Of a stretch of DNA of 44,755 nt, positions 1 through 9,100 are shown piece after piece; positions within the stretch are counted from its first letter, which is position 1; each line of letters begins with the position of its first letter. The notes under the pieces are model-generated. The model did not search any database. It saw nothing but the letters and a program-made list of their open reading frames with translations, and was not told the origin of the DNA. The position numbers and the translations under genes were made by a program. The DNA lies in the sequence record SRR31156797_6660; one strand, given 5' to 3'.

Positions 1-36
1 AAAAGGCCGTTGCTCTACCAACTGAGCTACGGAATC
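1..36 (-). tRNA. tRNA-Lys(UUU), 5' half only (runs off the window start)
   Basis: Reverse complement reads GATTCCG TA GCTC AGTTGGTA GAGC A ACGGC CT TTT: acceptor strand, D-arm (GCTC/GAGC), anticodon stem 5' strand and anticodon TTT. Confidence 0.9.
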
Positions 37-59
37 ATCCGTTTTTTAAATTCGGGTTG

Positions 60-67
60 CAAAAGTA
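60..67 (-). promoter_or_regulatory. Bacteroidota -7 promoter box for the tRNA-Lys
   Basis: TACTTTTG on the minus strand (consensus TAnnTTTG), about 24 nt upstream of the tRNA 5' end. Confidence 0.6.
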
Positions 68-155
68 CAATCAAATTTTAAAATACCAAGTACGATTGGC
101 AGTTTTTTTTGAGAAATAGGCTAATTTTCGCCCATCGTAAGATTGTGTAAAATCA

Positions 156-773
156 TTATAAAATATCTATCGGACCCAAACCTTCCCTAATCACATCAAT
201 TTCACCAGAGGTACAATCCAACACCGTGGATGCCTGGTTGCCCCCATAACCACCGTCAATTACAATATCTACAAGGTTTTTATATTTTTCATAAATCAAC
301 TCCGGATCAGTTGTGTATTCAATCAAATCATCTTCATCGTGGATGGAACTGGACATAACCGGATGACCCAGGCTTCGTACAATCTCTATTGGGATATTAT
401 TTTCAGGAATCCGGATACCCACGGTTTTCTTCTTACTCTGAATGTATTTTGGTACCGTGTTGTTGGCATTTAAAATAAATGTGTACGGCCCGGGTAGTAG
501 CCGTTTCATTAATTTAAAAAGGTCGTTTTGGATGGGCTTGGTGTAATCAGAAAGCTCGCTCAGATCGGAACACAAAAAAGAAAAATTCGCCTTTTGTGGC
601 TTTATTCCCTTAATTCGGGCGATACGCTCAATGGCCTTCGACTTGAAAATATCACATGTAAAACCATAAACGGTGTCTGTCGGACAGATTACCACACCGC
701 CGTCGCGCAGACATTCCACCACGTGACTCATTTGTCGCTGCCCGGGATTCTCCGGATGTATCTTTAAAAGCAT
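156..773 (-). CDS. Sua5/YciO/YrdC family protein (threonylcarbamoyl-AMP synthase-like, YciO-type)
   Basis: Motifs IHPENP, PTDTVYG, LPGPYTFIL, VGIRIP, DIVIDGG and STVLD..IREGLG. ATG at 773 (MLLKIHP) preferred over the TTG at 779. Confidence 0.9.
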   Translation of the reverse strand: MLLKIHPENPGQRQMSHVVECLRDGGVVICPTDTVYGFTCDIFKSKAIERIARIKGIKPQKANFSFLCSDLSELSDYTKPIQNDLFKLMKRLLPGPYTFILNANNTVPKYIQSKKKTVGIRIPENNIPIEIVRSLGHPVMSSSIHDEDDLIEYTTDPELIYEKYKNLVDIVIDGGYGGNQASTVLDCTSGEIDVIREGLGPIDIL

Positions 774-797
774 ATGCAAATATTAAAAAAGAGTGCG

Positions 798-805
798 CAA
801 ATTTA
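798..805 (-). promoter_or_regulatory. -7 promoter box for the YciO-family gene
   Basis: TAAATTTG on the minus strand, about 25 nt upstream of ATG 773. Confidence 0.55.
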
Positions 806-1005
806 TAAAATCGATACCAATAAAACTGCGCACGTGAATGATTGTATTTCAAATTTTTAACTGAGGAGCCCATTTTTGTATTGATCGATGGATGGATATT
901 TTGACAAAGGATTATCTTGTATGCTGTTTTTTAACCCCTTACCAATCCCCAATAAGAATATTTTTATATCCTGTTTTTGCACGCCTTTTGATTCGTTTTC
1001 ATAAT

Positions 1006-1013
1006 TACTTTTG
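1006..1013 (+). promoter_or_regulatory. -7 promoter box for the GH97 gene
   Basis: TACTTTTG about 28 nt upstream of ATG 1042; supports 1042 rather than 892 as the start. Confidence 0.55.
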
Positions 1014-1041
1014 TGTCCTAATACAATCCAAATCAAGGCTC

Positions 1042-3129
1042 ATGAAGAACTTCTCAATTTTCATCATTTCAGTGGCTTTAGTTGCCATTACTTTTTCAGG
1101 CTGTAAATTTTGTCAAAACATAACCATCGGCGAGGTTGAATCACCAAATACCAGGCTTAAAGCAAATGTTTTTTTGGCTGATAACGGTGTGCCGGGGTAT
1201 TACGTTACATATAACGACCAGTTGGTTATCGACACTTCATTGTTTGGATTCATGCTTAAAGATATGCCTTTACTACAAGCCCAGTTTAAAGTGGATGAGG
1301 TGAAGAAAAGTTCGTTTGATGAAACCTGGGAAATGCCATGGGGCGAGAAACGTGAGGTGCAGAGCACATACAATGAGATTTGGATTGCCCTTAAAGAGGA
1401 TAAAGATCCAAACAGAAAACTCAATATTATTTTCCGTGTTTATGATGACGGTGTAGGTTTCAGGTTTGAATTCCCCGGGCAGGATGGCATCACAGAAATG
1501 ATCATTATGGATGAACTAACACAGTTTAACCTTACCGGCGACCACGATACATGGTGGATTCCGGGCGACTGGGACATTTACGAGCATCTTTACAATTCCA
1601 CAAAATTCACTGACATAGATGCATTGAGCAAAGCCAACCATAATGACCTGGCACAGACCTCCATCCCTGAAAATGCCGTAAATACGCCGGTTACCATGAA
1701 AACCAGTGATGGATTGTATTTAAGCTTTCATGAAGCAAACCTGACAGATTATGCCGGCATGACCCTGAAAGTTGACAAGGATAAGCTGATGTTTGAAAGT
1801 GAACTGGTTGGCTCGGACAGATATGGCTATAAGGTTAAACGGGCATTACCTTTTGAAACCCCCTGGAGGACAATTCAGATTGCAGAGACTGCCGGCGGAC
1901 TCATAGAATCAGATCTGATTGTGAACCTGAATGAACCCAACAAACTGGGTGATGTTTCATGGTTTTCCCCAATGAAATATGTGGGCATTTGGTGGGATAT
2001 GCACCTGAATACCAAAACCTGGGATTATGCCAGCGGAAACCACGGTGCTACAACTGAGTATGCCAAAGAGATCATTGATTTTGCCTCAGAAAACAATATC
2101 GGCGGCATCCTCGTGGAAGGCTGGAACACCGGTTGGGAACACTGGATTGGATTTGAAGACCGTGAAGGTGTTTTTGATTTCATCACCCCCTACCCTGACT
2201 ACGATTTGGAGGAGGTTGTAAGATATGGCAAGGACAAAGACGTTCAACTGATCATGCACCACGAAACTTCAGCAGCTCCCCGAACTTATGAACAGCAATT
2301 GGACACAGCTTATAAACTGATGCAGTCGCTGGGTATTCATTCGGTAAAAACCGGGTATGTTGGTAAGATCATCCCAAAGGGCGAGTATCACCATGGCCAG
2401 TGGATGGTAAACCATTACCGCAAGGTGCTGGAAACTGCGGCCAAGTATGAGATTGCCATCAATGCGCATGAGCCCATCAAAGCAACCGGTATCCGTCGGA
2501 CCTATCCAAACGCCATTGCCCGTGAAGGCCTGCGCGGACAGGAATTTAACGCCTGGTCGTCAGATGGCGGAAATCCACCGGAACATTTATCGATTGTTGC
2601 TTTTACACGCATGCTTGCCGGACCTATTGATTTTACGCCCGGTATTTTCCATATTTCCCTCGATCCTTATAAAGATAATAACCAGATCAATACAACCCTT
2701 GCCCACCAGCTGGCTTTATACGTGGTGATCAACAGCCCCATCCAGATGGCCCCGGATTTGATCAAATATTACAAAGGCCATCCGGCATTTCAATTCATTC
2801 GTGATGTAGGTGTAAACTGGGAACAAACCAAAGTATTGAATGGAGAAATTGGTGATTTTGTAACCATTGCCCGCCAGGAGCGTGAAACCGGAAACTGGTT
2901 TATTGGTGGTATCACCGATGAAAATCCAGGGCAAACGGAAATCAAATTCGATTTCCTGGAACCTGGCAAAACATACACTGCCATACTTTATAAAGATGCT
3001 AAGGATGCCCATTATGCCAGCAACCCAACAGCCTACGAAATCGAAGAGATGCACCTTAGCGCTGAATCTGTTTTAAAGATTGATCTGGCAGCGGGTGGTG
3101 GTTTTGCAATGAGCATTCCAGCAAAATAG
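1042..3129 (+). CDS. Glycoside hydrolase family 97 (SusB-like alpha-glucosidase), probable lipoprotein
   Basis: Motifs KYVGIWW, LVEGWN, MHHET, VKTGYVG, AHE, REGLRGQE and RMLAGPIDFTPGIF match the SusB-type (inverting) GH97 pattern. The N-terminus MKNFSIFIISVALVAITFSGC is a lipoprotein signal. Confidence 0.92.
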   Translation: MKNFSIFIISVALVAITFSGCKFCQNITIGEVESPNTRLKANVFLADNGVPGYYVTYNDQLVIDTSLFGFMLKDMPLLQAQFKVDEVKKSSFDETWEMPWGEKREVQSTYNEIWIALKEDKDPNRKLNIIFRVYDDGVGFRFEFPGQDGITEMIIMDELTQFNLTGDHDTWWIPGDWDIYEHLYNSTKFTDIDALSKANHNDLAQTSIPENAVNTPVTMKTSDGLYLSFHEANLTDYAGMTLKVDKDKLMFESELVGSDRYGYKVKRALPFETPWRTIQIAETAGGLIESDLIVNLNEPNKLGDVSWFSPMKYVGIWWDMHLNTKTWDYASGNHGATTEYAKEIIDFASENNIGGILVEGWNTGWEHWIGFEDREGVFDFITPYPDYDLEEVVRYGKDKDVQLIMHHETSAAPRTYEQQLDTAYKLMQSLGIHSVKTGYVGKIIPKGEYHHGQWMVNHYRKVLETAAKYEIAINAHEPIKATGIRRTYPNAIAREGLRGQEFNAWSSDGGNPPEHLSIVAFTRMLAGPIDFTPGIFHISLDPYKDNNQINTTLAHQLALYVVINSPIQMAPDLIKYYKGHPAFQFIRDVGVNWEQTKVLNGEIGDFVTIARQERETGNWFIGGITDENPGQTEIKFDFLEPGKTYTAILYKDAKDAHYASNPTAYEIEEMHLSAESVLKIDLAAGGGFAMSIPAK

Positions 3130-3227
3130 GCCATCACGATTCGTATTGTTGTTTTTTGCCAATAAAATATCTTAATGTAATCGATACATTGTCCTGCGAT
3201 CCTTTAAGCATCCAAATGGTTTGACCT

Positions 3228-5399
3228 TTATTGCTTAATTATTTTTCCACTATAGGATTCAGTTCCCGTGCTGATTTGCCACACAAGCGGGCCATCCGGC
3301 AAACGCTGAACTGCACTTTTTGGAATAACAATTGGTTGCCCGGTTGCAGCACCTGAAAACGATTTTTCGTAAAGTAATGCTCCTGAAATGTTGAAAATCT
3401 TTAAAGCAACATGTTTAATCTTATTTGGGAACGTAAAGCTGAAGTTATCTGTGACAGGATTCGGAAATACAGAAATACCCGGGGACATCGGAGCCATCTC
3501 ATTTTCCACACCGGTGATGAGATCATTCTGCAATATCTGCAAACCTGATGGCCCATCTGAAACATACACCATGCCTCCCATGGCAAATAAGTTGATACTT
3601 TCACCCGGGTTCACATATTTTTCAAGTTCCAAAACATTGGCGGGATCACTCACATCAAAAAGGTATAATTCCCCGAAATTCAACGATACATAAGCATAAT
3701 TCCCCGATACGGAAACGAAGAAGGGATGGAACCAACCACTGGGATTATAGATTTGCAATATTTGTGGGTTTTCAGGATCAGAAATATCTACCGTAACAAA
3801 GCCGCCATCCCAGTCCGAGGACGTCAGGTAAGCTACATCGCCCTGAACCGATAAATCCAGAACGGATGGCAGATCCAGTTCGGCCACCTTTTCCGGGTTT
3901 TCAGGATCAGACACATCCAATATCCAAAGCCCGCTGTTATTTTGTGCAACATAAAGGTAACCAGCCTGATATTTTATTTCCCATAAATCTTCAAGTGTAT
4001 ATTGGGAGAGGAATTGCGGATTTTCCGGATCCGACACATTATAAACTTTCAGCGTATCGGAAGTATTGGCCACGGCCACCCCAACAAACAGGATGTTGTT
4101 ATCACCCATTGCGATCCGCCAGGCCTGCATTGATGTGGTTGACAATTCTTCAGGATTTTCCGGATCGGAATAATCAACGATCCTTAATCCACCTGTCCAA
4201 TCCGCAACATACGCAATGCTATTTTCTATTTGCACATCGCGCGTTTCGCCCTGGGTTGGAAATGTACTGATTAATTCCGGTCCATTAACATAAGGATCAG
4301 CAACATCTATGGCAAACAGGCCATCAATACTGTGGGCAACATATGCAATCTGGTTGTCGACTGTAGTTGCAGCAGCCCATCCGTAACCCATAACCTGGGA
4401 AACCATTTCAGGTGCTTCAGGATTGGAAATATCAACGATAAACAAACCGTTACGGTCAGCTGAAAGAAATGCATAATCACCATTGATATATAACTCATTT
4501 GAATATGAAGCATCTACTTGTCCCACCTGAAACGGAGATTGTACATTGCTCACATCCCAGATTTCAAAACCATCTTCGTTCACAAGGTAGGCAATATCTT
4601 CAATTACGACAATATCGCTGATCGATACCGGGGTAATACTCCAAGCAGGAAAACCCGGCAGCGTGAGGTCGAGGAGGTACATACTCCCACCATAGGAAAC
4701 ATAAGCTTCTGTTTCGCCGCCGAAAACAGCATATGAGCCATAAATAAATTCATGCCCGCCCGCTGCAGTAAGGGACCCATCTTCGTGGATGAGCAGCCTT
4801 ACATAATGCTGTGCTCCGGTTGCGTGAATATATCCATTTTGATCCACATGAAAATCATGGGATGGATTTCCCATCTGGCCGTTAAAAGCTATTTGTACAG
4901 GGTTTTCGGGGTCGGAGATATCAACGGTATGCACATATCCCCAGGAACATTCCAGCACTGCATATTGGTTATAAAGTTCAACATGCCTTACTGGTGTTTC
5001 TACATCGAAATACAAGATCGGCATACTGCTCAACCTAACAGGTACCATATAATCTGAAACATTCCAAACTTCAAAGCCTCCTCTGCCGCAGGCAAGGAAA
5101 AGGTTCTGGTCATCATTACTGTACCAAATATCCTCAATCAGTCCCTTTGTCCTGATGTCGGTATTTACAATTTCAGGGTTTAGCATGTCGCTGGCATCAA
5201 TTATCTGCACCGACCCGCCTGAGCCGAGAAAAACAAGATCGCGTGAGCTGTCGTAATGCACACAACCTGAGGGCCCGAATGACCAGGCGCCGGCCCAGTT
5301 CAGGTCACCCCTAAAGGTTTGTGCATTTAGATATTGGGTGAATAGCAAAAAAATTGATCCAATAAGTAACGTTTTGAGTGAAGGCATTTGTGTTTTCAT
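3228..5399 (-). CDS. LVIVD-repeat beta-propeller protein with T9SS type A C-terminal sorting domain
   Basis: Signal peptide ending LNA|Q; repeated AYVA..GL.IVDISDPENP units; C-terminal ISVFPNPVTD...IFNISGA...GKIIKQ. Confidence 0.85.
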   Translation of the reverse strand: MKTQMPSLKTLLIGSIFLLFTQYLNAQTFRGDLNWAGAWSFGPSGCVHYDSSRDLVFLGSGGSVQIIDASDMLNPEIVNTDIRTKGLIEDIWYSNDDQNLFLACGRGGFEVWNVSDYMVPVRLSSMPILYFDVETPVRHVELYNQYAVLECSWGYVHTVDISDPENPVQIAFNGQMGNPSHDFHVDQNGYIHATGAQHYVRLLIHEDGSLTAAGGHEFIYGSYAVFGGETEAYVSYGGSMYLLDLTLPGFPAWSITPVSISDIVVIEDIAYLVNEDGFEIWDVSNVQSPFQVGQVDASYSNELYINGDYAFLSADRNGLFIVDISNPEAPEMVSQVMGYGWAAATTVDNQIAYVAHSIDGLFAIDVADPYVNGPELISTFPTQGETRDVQIENSIAYVADWTGGLRIVDYSDPENPEELSTTSMQAWRIAMGDNNILFVGVAVANTSDTLKVYNVSDPENPQFLSQYTLEDLWEIKYQAGYLYVAQNNSGLWILDVSDPENPEKVAELDLPSVLDLSVQGDVAYLTSSDWDGGFVTVDISDPENPQILQIYNPSGWFHPFFVSVSGNYAYVSLNFGELYLFDVSDPANVLELEKYVNPGESINLFAMGGMVYVSDGPSGLQILQNDLITGVENEMAPMSPGISVFPNPVTDNFSFTFPNKIKHVALKIFNISGALLYEKSFSGAATGQPIVIPKSAVQRLPDGPLVWQISTGTESYSGKIIKQ

Positions 5400-5773
5400 A
5401 ATATATTCATTTTATTTGATTTAATATTGCAAAGTAAAAAGGGAAATATAACGAAATGATCACAAAATGTCAACTTTTTCATCAAAGTCTGAATAACAAA
5501 TATCAGGGATAGTGTTGTGAAAAAGGATATTAACTGCCCACCTCACAAGGATTCCGTAATAATAAAAACTTATAGGTTAAAAAAATATAAACATAAATTT
5601 TGATCTCAAATTCCAAAATAATAGGAATATTTAAAGCAAATTTCCGAAATTATTTGAACGAAATATGCTTACTGAATATCTAACAATAAGGAGACAGGCA
5701 TATTTTGATTGACAAATCATATAAAAAACGAAAATATTTAATAAATTAAAATATATAGGCATACTAACGTAAT

Positions 5774-5805
5774 TACATTTGCAATCTTACCTGAACTTAC
5801 ATTTG
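5774..5805 (+). promoter_or_regulatory. Tandem TACATTTG boxes, candidate promoter(s) for the S8 protease gene
   Basis: TACATTTG at 5774-5781 and 5798-5805, both matching TAnnTTTG. Confidence 0.4.
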
Positions 5806-6180
5806 TTAAAACCATTTAAACCGCTGTTAAATATTTGTTAATTAATTGATTTACTATTATTTATAAAACTACTTTTAGGCGTTGATTGGCGGTGTTAATC
5901 ATGCGTGGTGGTGTAATATAAAGCATATTTATATTCTCCCTGGGATTAACTAAAGTGTTATACTATTGTTTATTAAGATTAATTGTAAAGCAAATTAATT
6001 TGACCAGCTAAATCGATGAATTTTATTGTTAATCAAGACATTTACTACTTAAATCGCTTTGGATTATTTAAGCTGATTAATGGTGACCACACCACTTATT
6101 TTATTATTTTATCTGATAGATGTATAAATTCCACTTATTATGAAAAATACTTAACCCTTAAAACCTAAAAAATAATTCTC

Positions 6181-9100
6181 ATGAAAACAGCAAAAAACAA
6201 TTTGGTAATTCTGCGCAACGCACTGTATTGCTTGCTCATAATAGTTTTTAGTGGTTTCACCACACTTCGTGCACAGGAAGACTGTACCCTGGAAAAGTTT
6301 CACGGTCAGGGCTTTTCTACAGCCATAACCTCTGTTGAGGAAGTCGATGATTCACGCTATAACGTTGTCCTCACCGTAAAACACGACGGTTGCGCGGGTA
6401 AATGCAAAGCAATGGCGCATTATTCAATTGAGGCTCTGCCCGATACATATTCAGATGTTGTGATCACTGTGATCACAGGATCATTTAATTATCAGAATAT
6501 TAACCGGGGCCCAGACCTGGGGAATGATCCTTTTACCGGTTTCAGGATAAATGGGACAGCCGGTTTTGGAAACGGAACGCCGGGAGAGTTTACGGTAGCA
6601 TACACACTTACGGGAGGTTTACAGGATCAACAGGCCCTGGTTAAAGCAGGTAACAAACTCCTGATTGTCAGCTTCACTGCCGAAGATTTTCAATCGGTAC
6701 TTGAGTGCGGAAGTCCAAATATTTTCCCGTACTATCAGCCGCCTGAAGGAGGTAAGTTGGTGAATTCACTCATCGGACCTGAATTAACATCACTCCATGA
6801 AGTCTTTATAAATGGTTTCCCTGTGGTTACAGATAACATTTTTCAGATCGACGGGGATAATGTACTTATCAGGGTATTTGCCAACTCCGGACAATACAAT
6901 GACTTACTCACATTGCTTTCCTCACCGGATTATGGCCTGGAAGATTCCAACGGGATACCAGGTTTGCTGTCCATATCGGGATGGTTTCCCATTGCAAACC
7001 TATTATTATTAAACGACCTCCCACTACTTATTAACTACGCCCGTCCGGAATACACCCCGCAAAGCAACAGTGGCATTGTTACCAGCCAGGGAGATACTTC
7101 CATACGGTCGAATATTGCACGTAGCGCTTTCAACCTTTCAGGTGAAGGTGTGAAAATTGGTGTGCTTTCTGACAGTTACAACAAAAAAATCGGCAACCCT
7201 GCAAATGATGATATTCTAAAAGGTGATCTTCCCGGTATCGGTTTTAATCCGGATGGTGACTCTGTACCCAATCCGGTAAACAGCACGAATGTAGAAGTGT
7301 TGAAGGATTACCCTTTTTCAGCCTCTGATGAGGGACGGGCGATGCTTCAGATCATTCACGATATTGCTCCAAAGTCCGACCTGGCTTTTCGTACCGGATT
7401 TTTAAATCCTGTAGATTTTGCCCAGGGAATCCTCGAACTTAGAGATGCAGGTTGTGATGTCATTGTAGATGACATCACCTACATCTCAGAACCATTTTTC
7501 AACGACGGCGTTGTTTCAGCGGCTGTAAACCAGGTCAAAACCTCGGGTGTGTCATTCGTTACGGCTGCCGGAAACTACGGAGATAAATCCTATCAAAGTA
7601 CATTTTCAGGAACCACTCCTCCTCCAGGAATCATTGGAGAGGCGCATAATTTTGCTGCTGGTTCGGGAAATGATATATATCAGAGTGTTTCTGTCCCTGA
7701 GGGTAATTACACCCTTGTGCTTCAATGGGATGATGGTTCCCAGCCCGGAGCATCCAGTACTGACATGGACATTTATTTGTCAAAAGATGACGGAAGCACA
7801 CTTTTTGGATTTAACCGCGTAAATACAGGCGGAGACCCGGTGGAAGTACTCCCCTTTTCAGTTGGGCCGGGTGGCGCTCAAACAAATATTTTGATTGTAA
7901 AAGCTTCGGGGCTTGAGAATGTTGAGCTCAAATACATCGTTTTCCGGGGTGAACTTGCGATGAATGAATACGGAAATGCAGCAGGATCGACAATTATTGG
8001 CCATGCCAATGCTGAAGGAGCCATGACTGTTGGGGCTGTTTTGTATAGCAACACACCTGAATATGGCATCAACCCGCCTACCATTGCATCATTTTCTTCA
8101 CAAGGTGGAATGATCACGGAGGGTTCCAACAGGATGAAACCAGATTTTTCCGGACCCAATGGGGTAAATACAACCGTGGATTTTGGCAGCGTGAATTACG
8201 AAGGAGACCCGTTTCCTAATTTCTTTGGAACATCGGCAGCAGCCCCTCACATAGCTGGTGTTGCAGCTTTACTCATCGAAGCAACAAACAAATTTTACGA
8301 TACCGGCCTAAATCCCGATGCATTGAAACAAATTTTACAAACCACTGCTATCGATATGGGCAATCCGGGATATGATGTAATTTCAGGATACGGATTTGTG
8401 CAGGCTGATGCTGCTTTGCTGTCACTCGCAAATCCTTCGCCCGTGATTTCCGGACTCATTTATGATACGACACTCGTACCCGGACAAGATTCAATCCCTG
8501 TGACCTTGCTGGGAAATTATCTCACCAGCGAGTCCGAAATATATTTTAATGGGCAACCTCTGCTTTCAGGTACTGAAAATTTAGGAGATACCGCCATTTC
8601 AGGAATTATCTATCCCTTCCCTGATCTGTATCCCGAAATTCAGGCTTACAATCCCCCAAAATCCGGAACTAACGGTACAGATGGCGGGCTTTCGAACCCT
8701 GCTTATTTCAGTGAGAAAGAATCAATTCTCATCGATATTGGTGACAAATCAAAAAAATACGGGGAGATTCTTCCTGAATTTTCAGCATTAAATTATCAGT
8801 TGGTTAGTGTGGATGGCAGTATTTCACTGGATTCATCCAACCTGACTCAGGCAGAAAAAGACAGGATTTATAGTGTTCCATTTGTAGCACCAAATGTATC
8901 GGCGCTGTCTAATGCAGGTTTGTGGGCCATCACAGCGTCACCGGATGATCCGTTAAACCCTGTTAGCGAAATCCCCCCAACAGATACCCTGGATATTTCG
9001 TTGTTGAACAGGTATAATTTTGTTTTCAGGAACGGACTTTTAACCATCAACAAACTGGACCTTCTGATAAGGCCACAGGATACAACTTTCACCTACGGAG

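Noticed and set aside
892-1041. N-terminal extension of the GH97 ORF
   Set aside because: A promoter box at 1006-1013 and the lipoprotein signal starting at 1042 point to the later start.
3640-4930. Recurring DNA motif gggttttc(a/c)ggatc
   Set aside because: It is explained by the protein-level SDPENP turns of the LVIVD repeats.
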